This document shows, in pieces, positions 52,000 to 64,000 of a stretch of 64,000 nt of DNA. The stretch comes from Octopus vulgaris (taxonomy: Eukaryota): NCBI GenBank assembly GCA_951406725.2, contig OX597822.1:63798001-63862000 (forward strand), in the 5' to 3' direction. Within the stretch, counting starts at the first letter, position 1. Each line of letters begins with the position of its first letter. Position numbers and translations under genes: made by a program. The notes beneath the pieces were generated by a model. That model was not told where the DNA came from. It worked only from the letters and a program-made list of their open reading frames with translations, and made no database searches.

Positions 52000-52860
52000 T
52001 ACTTCCCAGTCTCCACAACCATTTTAATAATCCTTTCACTGTGCTTGCATAAGTGGGTGGATCTTCTTGCCCTCAAACATCAAGATCTTTTTTCATCTCC
52101 TCCATTAGGTTCAGCATCCTCAGATTAGTCTTCACCACTTCATCCCATGTCTTCTAGGATCTCCCTCTTCTGCAGGTTCGTCCACCACGAATGGCTTGCA
52201 TTTCTTTACACAACCGTCATCTTCAACGTGCATCATATGCCCTTACAAATGCAGTCTTCTCTATTGTACATCTGCTTCATCTTACATCCAATGCTACTCC
52301 AGCTAATGTGTACTCCGTTGTTTATGCATACAAACATTAAACATCCAGGAAACCATGCCTGCTTCATATCTTTCTAGCCTTTGGAAATTCTTCGCATTCA
52401 GAGCCCATGTCTCACAACCGTGTAGCATCATATATTCAACTGTCACTAAGAGAGAAGCCCTTCATTACCAGCAGCGGTAATAGCTCTCTGAACTTCATTT
52501 AGCCCATTCTTCCTTGGGTTGCTCTATTTTTGGAACAACTACCTTTACCAGCAGCGGTAATAGCTCTCTGAACTTTATTTAGCCCAGTCTTCCTTGGGTT
52601 GCTCTACTTTTGGAACACCTAACTCCACTGCTAATTATGTTAGCCACATAACAGAAGCTGTCAGGGCATTTGAGAGAATCTATTTCATATGTGTTATTAG
52701 TGCTTATTGTCCTTGTATATCTGCTGCATATGAAATCTACCTTCTCTTTAGCTTGCCTATAATACCTCTGTACCTCTTAAGCACCCATAGTTTACACAGG
52801 GTAGACCATATGAAATTTCTAACCTTCCTCTTTTCTGCATACTAAGCAAGGCCAGTTCTT
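52000..52860 (-). mobile_element. Degenerate RTE-like LINE remnant with a short internal duplication
   Basis: Minus strand aagttcagagagctattaccgctgctg (KFRELLPLL) present twice (about 52470 and 52550) and cacggttgtgagacatgg (HGCETW). Confidence 0.55.
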
Positions 52861-53049
52861 TGATAGGAATGTCCTTCAGGTATATAAAAATATAACCTCT
52901 CCATTACTTATTGTGTTTTTTTCCTGATTTACAGGCAATTAATTGATTATATATACATATAGCATTGGTTCAGAATTACTGACCTATTTATGTACTAAAA
53001 TCATTATTATATATTACAATGAAAATGAAAATGAAAATCAAATTCGATG

Positions 53050-53465
53050 GAACACTAAGAGCACCATCTAAGTGTGATCGTTGCCAGAGCATCAAACTGG
53101 CTTCCATGCTGGTGACACGTAAAAAGCACCCTTCGAGCGTGATTGTTACCAGCGTCACCATACTGGCACGTGAAAAAACATTCGAACGAGTGCTGCTGGA
53201 CTGGCTCCTGTGCAGGTGGCACGTAAAAAACACCACTTGAGCGTGGCCGTTGCCAGTACTGCCTGACTGGCCCTTGTGCCAGTGGCACATAAAAACACCT
53301 ACAACACTCGCAGAGTGGTTGGTGTTAGGAAGGGCATCCAGCTGTAGAAACTCTGCCAAATCAGATTGGAGCCTGCCGAAGCCATCTGGTTTGCCAGTCC
53401 TCGGTCAAATCGTCCAGCCCATGCTAGCATGGAAAGCGGATGTTAAATGATGACGATGATGATGA
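53050..53465 (+). mobile_element. Retroposon family C with RTE-like 3' end and (ATG)n tail
   Basis: ttaggaagggcatccagctgtagaaa..catgctagcatggaaagcggatgttaaatgatgacgatg; reverse copies near 3567-3840 and 47474-47650. Confidence 0.7.
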
Positions 53466-54649
53466 CAATCAAACATCAAACACCATCTTCTGCACAGCTT
53501 CTGTTAATCAATCAAATTTCACCCACAAAGCATTTGTCAATCTAAGGTTACAAAAGACACTTGTCCTAGGCACCACATAGTGGTATTGAACCTGGAATCA
53601 GGTGGTTGCAAAGCAGACTTCTTAACACCTATCTCACAAGCAGTGTGTCCATCTTAGCCAGAGCATCTGAATCATAACAAGGTATCCTCTATGAGTGGCT
53701 GTGTAAGACTAATGTACTCGGAGAAGGACAGAGAGCTTGGTCCCAACTGCTAGTGGTCATTTTATTTAACTGTCAATGAAATCATGCCACTGTTCATGTC
53801 TCACTCACGATTCAAATGATAAAGTTTGAGTTTAATGAAATGCTTTTACATGAAAAAAAAAAAAAAAGAAGCCCCCCCCCAGAAATCAGAAAATAACAAG
53901 AATAGCAAATAACAAGAACTATAACCACACAGTGAAACAAGAAACAAGAGGCACGCGCGCGCATGTATATACATGTGTTTGTGTTTGCATATATATATAT
54001 ATATATATACACACACAAACATACATGTTTATGTATATATATCCAGGAGTAATCTGGGTTATTTGCATCAGTGTGGCAATTAATATTCAAGTGAGACATG
54101 AGCAAAAAAAACCTCAAAAAACAAAAACCAAATCAGAACAATAATAAACAAAGCACCAAGTCAGAGTATTTAATACTTCGGGAGGAAAGAAAGGGAGAAG
54201 GTGACCAAATAAATATGGTACATCTTTGAATCAACTTGTTTTCCTTTCTTTCCTCACATTTTACATTTTACTGTATTTTTCTTTCCTTGTTTCTGTCATA
54301 ACGAAGGACCATTGTCCAAAATACTAATCAATTGTTCTTTAATTTTTTTCTTCTCTTCAATTAATACACTGACTTTGTACTCAGATGCTTTTGCTCATGT
54401 CTCATTTAAGTTATTAATTAATTAGACACAGTAACTAAAACAGTGCCTCCACCAGACTAGGTTGGTGAGAAGGATTGCTCAGAAACCCCGGCATATGTTT
54501 AATGAATGCCTAGCAAAAACTCGTCAGGGACAGGTGTGAGGGGTATGAGCTATTGCTGCATTCACCATCTGTCAGAATATTCTCCAGCTCTTGCAGGGCG
54601 ATCAGTTGTGTAGAACCCAGTCAACCGCCACCTCCATGAAATACCTCTT

Positions 54650-54884
54650 CTTATTTTTTGTTACCCACAAGGGGCTAAACATAGAGGGGACAAACAAGGA
54701 CAAACTAAGGGACTAAGCTGATTACATCGAACCCCAGTGCGTAACTGGTACTTAATTTATCGACCCCGAAAGGATGAAAGGCAAAGTCGACCTCGGCGGA
54801 ATTTGAACTCAGAATGTAAAGACAGATGAAATACCACTGAGCATTTCATCCAGCATGCTAACATTTCTGCCAGCTCGCCACCTT
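54650..54884 (-). mobile_element. SINE family B with apparent target-site duplication
   Basis: Same motif set; catgaaatacctcttc occurs on both flanks (about 54635 and 54885). Confidence 0.8.
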
Positions 54885-54899
54885 CATGAAATACCTCTT

Positions 54900-55150
54900 C
54901 ATCTACAGTGACCATGTGGCATGTGGTTGACCAGCATGAGCTACCAACCCAGCCAGATCCTCAGTGAAGAAAACATGGCAAGCAGGGTCTAACTTGGAAA
55001 ATTGAGCAACGTGGCCGAACATTATGAGTTGATGCTCTCGGATTATAATAGCAACAGAATGCATCCCAGTTTCTGAGTAGAGTTGTTGGTTGGATACGAA
55101 ATCCAACCAATGTTAACCCATAATTCTGTGAAGTGTCTGTTACCAAAGGA
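54900..55150 (-). mobile_element. Degenerate RTE-clade LINE ORF C-terminal remnant
   Basis: Translation DFVSNQQLY..IIREHQLIMFGHVAQ..GQPHATW resembles the RTE VxNxxL..RxRxLxxxGHxxR..GRPxxTW tail. Confidence 0.6.
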
Positions 55151-56763
55151 GTTCAGTATTTCAGCAGTGTAAAGGACCTGGAAATTCTAAGCTGGTTTCC
55201 ACCATGTTCTAACACTACTTGGAGTGTGGCACCCTACAAATTTTGTAAAGGAAACATCTCTAGGAGAAAATTGCTCTGTTATGAAATCTGTTGATACTTT
55301 TGAAACAAATATCTTGCTTCTCAGCCTCTTGGCTTTGATAACAAGTGTCACTACAATATAATGGAAGCTGCTCTCAATTTCACACGAATGTTGTTGCTGG
55401 TAATAGATTTTCAAATTATAAGCAGTCATACTCTTACACACACACAACCACATTATACCTTTGCTCAGGCATAGTGATATTAATAACCAGTCTTAATAAT
55501 TCAGCACATGCACTCAGCTCTGAATGCACTGCTTCTTACAGCAGAAACAGCTGTAAGCCAATGAAGGTGATTATGTAATTCCTGTTCCTTTATTGTTCAA
55601 GAGATTATATTACATTCTAGACACACACCACATACACCTTATTCATAAAATAGATCAAAAGGTTACATACAAAAGCCAAATAATCCTAACTGATAATGTC
55701 TGACAATGGCTGGTGTTGTTCAACCCCAGACCAGACATATGATCAAAAACATTTCATAAGTGACCATCCCATCTTTTTAGGAGTAACTAGCACACAAGAC
55801 TAGTTACCCCTAAAAGTAAGGTGCAACTTGAGGGCAATTTAGTTGCTACTTCTTGCAGGCTGAGCAGCTATAGGAATGTTCCTATAGTAATAGTGGTTTA
55901 TTTGTATTGTTAAATCTTAAGAGTTTTAAGCATCTTTTTTTTAACAGTAATGTAGGATTACAGGATTATAGAGATAGAAGGAACCCAACATTTCTTAAAG
56001 AGAAGAAAATATACAAAATTGTTCCATTCATGCCTTGCTACTAACTATGAGCAAAGTAAATGAAACAATCTCTAGTAGAAGTAACAGATTTAGTTCAAAA
56101 TAAAACTGACCGCTGAAGCATTTAAACTGACCCTCTAGCATTTAAACTGGCCGAAATATTCTACCCATTTTATATTCAAACTGGTCAGATCTAAATCTCT
56201 CACACCAACCTTACAGTTTCATTCCAAATCTAAACAAATCACATCAGTGAAATCTCAAAGCTATGAGATAATGTGTGATTATTTTAGAAAGATGTGAATA
56301 CATAAAAATTACATTTGAACGAGTTATCTGAATGTTAAAAGGTTCAATAAACTGGCAGTTTTATTTTTTTGCCTGGAAAAGCATGCCCCTCCCCACAGCT
56401 CATGAGGAGATGTTGTGGATAATATAAAGGTTGGGCACGAAAGTACTCGGACTGGATTTATAGTAAGCAGGAGATGAGTAAAAGGTTATTGGAGTAGAAG
56501 ACTTCAGAGGACACTGATATTTAAATCATTCCATTGTGGAAGAATAAAACTGTTGTCACTTGGACACAGGTCAATAATTGATGAAGTAGTGTTTGAACAA
56601 TAAACAAGTGATTGATAAACGGAAACCCTCTCCAAATTATGATGATGGCATCTTTAAACAATACAACACTCTACTCTCAGATATGTTAGATTCTGTGAAG
56701 AATTGTTTCGAAAAATGTCATGCAGAAAAATATTCTATAAAGTTATGAGTTTGTGTGTGCGAG

Positions 56764-56840
<77 letters not shown>

Positions 56841-57305
56841 ATAAAAAAAAACAATTATTTCATTTTTATTGCTATTTATTCATTTATTATTTATTTATTT
56901 ATCTTTTTATTTATTTATCATATATGTGTATATTTTTTGGTTTTTATGAGATTTCTGAAAATGCTATTATTGTGAAATAAACTATGGAATCGTTCAATCG
57001 TTCTGCTCTTCTTCAAAAGGTTAACACCACCCCATTGATAGAACAATCCATGAATATAGCCTTAAGCAGCCAACCACTGTTATGTATACATTGCTTTGTT
57101 TTTACAGCAGACAAGTAGATACATAATTGATGTGACATTTAAAAAACAAGTTTCAACTCAGTCGACTAATTGTTTAGTGTATTTGTTTGTTTATTTATCT
57201 ATTTATTTAATTAGCATTTCTAGCTATGCAAAATAAATCAATATAAAAAAGCTCAAAATGTGATTTAAATTCAAGAAAGCAAAAAAAAAAATGTTAGATT
57301 ATTTA

Positions 57306-57343
<38 letters not shown>

Positions 57344-57530
57344 ATTTTTAAAATTTTAAATCAACACCATGCATCTTGAATTAGTTTAAAATTTTAAAGT
57401 TCAGTGGGAGGGAAAAATAGCTAAATTTTAGAAATAATTATTGTTTAAAGAAATATATTTAAGACAAATACAATTATATTTTTTATCATATTTTTTGCAA
57501 TATTTTGCTTGTCTTGAAACCACTGCTTAC

Positions 57531-57650
57531 CTCTTGGCTCATTTGGGTCGGGAGGTAAAAAACTGCGGCCTGGTTTATACTTGAAGTCAAATTGCTGAAT
57601 ATCGGGAGGCAAGTCTGGGACTTGTACCAAACCCCCACCAGTACCATCAG
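57531..57650 (-). CDS. Neogenin/DCC-like receptor, juxtamembrane extracellular exon (xDGTGGGLVQVPDLPPDIQQFDFKYKPGRSFLPPDPNEPR)
   Basis: Acceptor tcttttttccgtttgggtag and donor G|gtaagc; 120 nt, phase 1/1; joins in frame to the TM exon (EPR-G-VNKE). Confidence 0.8.
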
Positions 57651-58179
57651 CTACCCAAACGGAAAAAAGACAACAGATACAATGCAATTATACAAAAGAC
57701 AGACAGACAGGCATTCAAAAGAAGGGAAATGGCAGCACCAAGGAATTAAAAAAAAAGGGGGGTGTAGAAGTTTTAGGTAGATTGAAGGGGATCCAGGTAG
57801 GTGATGTGCAAAGAATAGACAGGAAAAGACAAATAAGTATGTGGAACCTCACACAGGCAATAAGCTAAAGAAAGAGAAAAAAAAATAAAAAAAATATTTT
57901 TTTTTTTGAATGGGTAAAATTTCAAAAGTTTGATTCAACAAGTTGGAATGATTTTAGGAATTTTAGAAATGACTCCAGTTCAAGTGTAGAACTGGTTTTG
58001 CAGATATATGAACGGATAGAGTTGATATTGAAAATGACCTGTAACTGATATTGCATTATGATCATGGCCCAAGCACTTGGCGACTTTTACTGGCACAGCC
58101 CACCAGTGTGAATAAATTCACCTCACTGCTGTAAGCAGCAAGGACGGATACACAATTATTGTTTCATTATTTAACACAG

Positions 58180-58710
58180 TAAGGTGGCGAGCTGACAGAA
58201 ATGTTAGCATACCAGACAAAATGCTTAGAGGTATTTCGTCTGTCTTTAAGTTTTGAGTTCAAATTCTGCCCTGATCGACTTTGCCTTTCATCCTTTTAAG
58301 TACCAGTTGTGTACTGGAGTTGATCTAATCAACTGGCCCCCTCCCCCAAAATTTCGGGCCTTGTGCTCAGAGTAGAACAAATCATTTAGCATAGTAATGC
58401 CAAGTTCAAGTTTTTTTTTATGGGTTTCAGATCTGTCAGTGCGTGAACAAAGAGTAACCCTGTTTAACCCAATTTCTTATTTCTTTATTGCCCAAAAGGG
58501 GCTAAACATAGAGGGGACAAACAAGGACAGCCAAAGGGATTGAGTCGATTACATCAACCCCAGTACGCAACTGGTACTTAATTTTTCGACCTCGAAAGGA
58601 TGAAAGACAAAGTCAACCTTGGCGGAATTTGAACTCAGAATGTAAAGACAGACTAAATACTGTTAAGCATTTTACCCGGTGTGCTAATGTTTCTACCAGC
58701 TCGCCGCCTT
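58180..58710. mobile_element. Two SINE family B copies in inverted orientation
   Basis: 58180-58380 (+) and 58475-58710 (-). Confidence 0.8.
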
Positions 58711-59496
58711 AAAACCCGGTTTAACCCAATTTCTGTCGTCACTTTGCCAAAGACAACCTGGTTAAGATGACTTGAGAAGATGACCAAATTTCTACTGAAT
58801 GAGCTTCTGAGTTAACATTGAAAAATGCTGAGCTCCAGCTGAGCATTATAAAATCTTTAGAAGCTCATACCTTTCTTCAATTGCACAATTGTGAGTAAGA
58901 AGTAATAAAGTGCCAGCAGAACTTTGTTGATAGACTGTGGGATTTTGTGTAAATGTTTACATTTCCGCATCAGATAGAGAAATGATTGAAGCCTAGGTTC
59001 TCTAGTTAAGGAACGGTGCTGGTGTTAAAGCATTTGATGCATTAAAGGCTTATCCAATCTCACAGGCGAATGCGTATATTAAATAGTAAAGATGAAATGA
59101 GTCGAAATCTTAGACTAATATATCGATTAATGAAACTCCTATATTAGATATTTGAGCCAAATTGATTTATAATTGCTGAAGCTGATATTTTCTTGTTCAA
59201 ATGAAAGGAATTCATGTAAATATTGGTCTCCTAGTTTCAGTAGCATTAAGTGGAAGAGAAAACAAATCCCAGGGAGAGAATGTAGTCTACAGCACAAGAA
59301 ATTTTATTTACAAGAGAAACTGAATTCAGCACTGTTGTGATCCAATGAATTACTTGTCAGTCACAAAGCTGCTACTGATAATAACAGAAGTAGGTTTTAA
59401 TATCAATGATATGACACTTTAGAGCTATTTGGATTTAGCTATTTCTAGTTATGTATTTTTGCAATGGGCACATGTCATTAACAAGATATAAATAGG

Positions 59497-59862
59497 CATA
59501 GGAGTGGCTGTGTGTTAAGTAGCTTGCTTACCAACCACATGGTTCTGGGTTTAGTCCCACTGCATGGCACCTTGGGCAAATGTCTTCTACTATAGCCTCG
59601 GGCCGACCAAAGCCTTGTGAGTGGATTTGGCAGACGGAAACTGAAAGAAGCCCGTCGTATATACATATATATATATATATGTGTGTGTGTGCCTGTGTTT
59701 GTCCCTCCAACATCGCTTGACAACCGATGCTGGTGTGTTTACATCCCCGTAACTTAGTGGGTCAGCAAAAGAACCGATAGAATAAGTACTAGGCTTACAA
59801 AGAATAAGTCCTGGGGTCGAATTGCTCGACTAAAGGCGGTGCTCCAGCATGGCCACAATTAA
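59497..59862 (+). mobile_element. tRNA-derived SINE, family A
   Basis: Colinear with the 39055 copy. Confidence 0.85.
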
Positions 59863-62800
59863 ATATCTCTTTTGCCGAACTGCTAAGTTATGTAGATGTA
59901 AACATACCAACATTGGTCGTCTTACCACATAGCCACGCCTAAGGTTATGAAAATAGAATTAAACACAAAAATGGTAAAAATTGCATTTGCCTATAATTCC
60001 TCTATTTATGAAAACTTCTTGTGGAACTACAATCAACATTCCAAGGAATCTTGGTTGGGAAACATTGCTTGGAATATTTGGTACAGATGGCGCTGTTACT
60101 AGATAAAAATGGTTCCGTATTCAAATGGGTAGTCTTACTTCCTCTAGGACTTTATTCTACTTTCCTTTAGAAGTCAATAAAATAAGAATTGACAAAATCT
60201 AAGTGTTGATCTCAGCAATTCTCTAAAATTTCTTTCAAATGTTCATTGTGTGTGTGTTTGTATATTTCTGTTGAATTATTATAAATCGCAGTTATAAAAC
60301 GATTTACTGATTGCTACATATTCAAAATATTTACTGAATTGTTTGTAATTTTGATGAGGTTCCGAGAATGGAATACGTTCATTTGAATCATTTTTATTCT
60401 ATTTTAAAAGAAAGTGGAGCCTGTGGGTCTTTATTCAAAGCAACTAAGAGAAGGGTAGAAAGGCAGATGTTCCACCTAAGAGTTTGGTGTAGTGAATGAA
60501 GTTGGACGAGTGAAAAAACATGCATTGGTTAATGAAGCAGGAAGACATACAGATAGTACAAGTAGCAAATATGATCGCAGGCAAGCGTGCTTGATATTTC
60601 AGTTTTAGAGGTGGGAGGAAAAAAAAAATTTTAATCCTAAAGTACACTACATAAAAAGGGAGATAACTAATCGACCATTGAGTTACTTCCCTTGACAACT
60701 GCTGTTTTATTTTATTTTTATTTTTAAAGTTACACGACTCGGGGCTCGATCGTAACTCCATTCACATTCGAAATGTTTTTTAGTACATGATCTCGGCGCT
60801 ATTTGAACTCAAAATGTAAAGGGCCATAACTAAATACCGCAAGGCATTTTGTCCGACGCTCTAAAGAATCCGTCAACGCAATCAAGAGTTAATTGCTTTT
60901 ATAGGTGTGTGATTGGAAATATTCTTTATAGTACTTCACTCTTCAAGGAATTAACTTGCTTCCTAAAGGGCTAATTTTCTGAATGATAGTATTACCGTGT
61001 ATAGCCGGTTGGTGTAGTATATAGTTACTAATATATCCGTATTTTCCAGGACATGACCTTTAAAAATTAAAATTTAAAAGTCCGAAATTTCAGCCTCCGT
61101 CACTTTAAAAAGTTATATATAACGCCAAAGGCCTAATAGCAATGGCTATCAACCCCCCCCTTTTTTTTACCTATCAACCCTTTAATTTCTATTTTACTTG
61201 AACGGAGCTCGGTAGATATTCGATGCTTAAAGAAGTCCCATTATATTATTATAATAATATAATATTAGGAATTGTATTTAAATTTTTTAAAAAATATTTT
61301 GTATATTGTATTAGTATAACCATTTTATTGCACATGTATTTAAAAAGCAAAATCTTGTGAGCCTCGGTTGAGAACCACTCGCCCAAAGTGTGTTGCGTGA
61401 GGGCGCAGAACATCGTGGCGACCTGTCAGTAAGGGCGTCCTCGATTCTAAGATTTCTATTGAATTCTCATAGGGTAATTTCCTAAGATGGTCAAATGTAA
61501 AGGAGACGAAGGGAGTGGCTATGGACGAAGTTAATTCTTTTGTTTCACGTGTATCTGATAATTCTATTTATATTTTACTGTATTTTGTAACCATCAGGAC
61601 ATTATCCTTATTTTTCTATTGCTCTTGTCACATCCTTTTTTCTGCTCTGCTGGTCATTTACTATGCCTCCACCTTCTCTAATTCGTGCATCACTGGTCAT
61701 CTTCCATCCTTTATCCATCATTCACATCTACCTTTCAACCCTACCCAGTCTTTACAATTATCACCAACCTCCCCATCCCTCACTCTCCCTGTACACTTTT
61801 GCAGCCACCACCCATCCAATCTCTTGGGTTCTCTATCTCCAAGTGTCGACCTGGACACCCAATCACCATTATTTCTATCTCACTTCCACCTCTTCTACAT
61901 GTCATAGTGCTGTGAGTTACAACAATGAGTGTTCTAGTTGATCCGGTCGACGAAACAGCCTGCTTGTGAAATTAATGGGCAGGTGGTTGAGCGCTCCATA
62001 GACATGCATACGACACAGAGTGTGATAAAACCAGACTGTTTGAAATACTGCAACTATTCATTTTTGCCAGTTCAGTTGACTAGAACAACGTAACATAAAG
62101 TGTCTTGCTCAACAACACAAAGCACCACCAGGAATTGAACTCACAATGTTATGATCATGAATTGAATACCCTAATCACCAAGCCATGTAGCTTCACTCTA
62201 CAACAGGGATTACCAAAGGGGGTCGGCGAGGAATTAGAGGGCCAATGATAGCCAAGGGGTCGAATGGGGGTCAGCGTGTGAAAGACCATCTAGACCAGGG
62301 GTCGCCAAAGGGGATCTGAGAGACTCCCTTTGGGTTGGCGAGGAATTACAGGGGGTCGAATGAGGGTTGGTGTGCAAAAGACCAGCTCACCAAGATGAAC
62401 TGCTTGGAATACTTAGTCAGTGCCGTGCCCATCCCTCTCATTGATGTTGTCGAGTTCAATAAAAGACATTCCAGCAATATGATGCGTTTCTTCACATTTT
62501 CTAACATTCTAAAATTTTTCCTATAGCATGAAAGAAGCAACAGCAACCGACTCCAGTGTATTCTTCCTGAAAGCCCTGTAGTTGATGATGATGATGATGA
62601 TGATTAATTCATCAGGAACAGCTGTGTGCTTAAGGAGCTCACTTTGCAACCATGCGGTTTTGGGTTCAGTTTCACTTTGCAGCACCTTGGGCAAGAGTGT
62701 TCTACTATAGTTTCAAGGTGACCAATGCCTTGTTAGTGAATATGGCAGATGGAAACTGTGAGGAAGCCCATATATATATATATTTATATATATATGTATA

Positions 62801-64000
62801 CGAGCAAAGCGACCCCCCCCCCCGTCCAATAGAGTTGTCAAACATTTAAACCAAATTTTCTCAAAACAACTTGTCCGACCTCCCCATAGGCCTCCCCTTT
62901 GAGAAACACTGATTTAACTTAAATTTGAGACACCAGCAAAAGAAGAAATAAAGATGAACTTTTTTTCTATTTGATTTTACAAATGCATGTTCCATGTCTT
63001 TATTGATCGCATTCTCATCTGGAATCGATTTTTGTAAATTTTTCAAGACTTATACACGCCCTGATACCGTCAGTATCTACATATCAAATTTGAGTGCGAT
63101 TGGATGGAGGATGCTCGAGATCCTAGAAGACACACACAAAGACAGACAGAACGGATTTTATATAATAAATATATATATATATATATGTAGATATATGTGT
63201 ATGTATCTTTGTGTTTGTCCCATACCACTGCTTGAAATTTCTGGTGTTGGTTTGTTTATGCCCCTGTAACTTAGTTGTTCAACAAAAGAGCTCTATAAAA
63301 TAAACACCAGATTTTAAAATAAGTACCGGGGTCGATTTGTTGAGCTAAAATCCCTTCAGCAAATATTTACTTGTTTCAGTTCAATGACAAAACAAAAATA
63401 AACGATACAAGATAATGGGCCTACTAATTTGTTGTCATTAACTTAATTGTGATATTTTGATATCAATATTGGAGAGTAACTCTTAAATATTTAATATCTA
63501 ATGCATCATCATCATCATGATGAAAATTATCACTTTTCATTTCCCTGTCCCTATACTGTTGAATAAATTACCCATAACCCTCATGAATAGTTTTATACTT
63601 TAACATTAGATATATTAGTCAGATATTATAGTACTTAATTACCATTATGAAAAATGTAAGCCTGGGAGAGGGTTTGTGTGAAAGATCAGAATGTGATTAT
63701 ATAATTTATATGAATAGAATCATAATGAAAGAGGGGAATTATTATTTAAATAGAAAAGCAGTAAGCTTTCAAGCTGGGACAAGCAGCATCATTTATTTTG
63801 AAAACAATGAATTGTAAATAGATGTGGCATTTGCAATATTAAAACTTCAACTAATTATTATACTGATAACGAATTATTTCTTTAATTATATTATAGAAGA
63901 TTTATTCTTAGTAAACAGTTCATTATCAAAGCTATTTCAATTAAAATTATAACTAGACTCTTAATGAAACTACTTAAGTGGAGAAAGAAAAAATTTCCAA

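Noticed and set aside
54295-54325. ataacgaa-ggac(catt)gtcc-aaaa as a hammerhead
   Set aside because: Too many core mismatches and no stem I; could be chance.
61515-61941. Three overlapping S/P/H/L-rich ORFs
   Set aside because: Pyrimidine-rich low-complexity sequence adjoining a SINE; no splice or family evidence.

Overview
AT-rich, microsatellite- and SINE-dense animal DNA; the repeat families resemble those of octopus (coleoid cephalopod) genomes. The window is almost entirely intronic. It holds the juxtamembrane, transmembrane and cytoplasmic exons of a neogenin/DCC/frazzled netrin-receptor gene on the minus strand. Seven phase-compatible exons run from 57650 down to 7424 and include the P1 motif KDVKPPDLWIHHDQMEMK. 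The Ig/FN3 exons and the P3 exon were not seen and probably lie outside the window. The most notable non-coding signal is a set of minimal type-I hammerhead ribozyme motifs. An intact-looking one is repeated four times in a near-identical 476-477 bp tandem array (36473-38300) that has an inverted 5' duplication and sits in (TA)n, i.e. a Penelope-pLTR/retrozyme-like unit. Several unrelated hammerhead-shaped motifs occur in fold-back elements, one with an apparent compensatory G3-C8 core. tRNA-derived SINEs, RTE-LINE remnants and piggyBac-, mariner/pogo- and hAT-like MITEs fill the rest. Most listed ORFs are microsatellite or SINE artefacts. All alignments and folds were done by eye; repeat boundaries are approximate.
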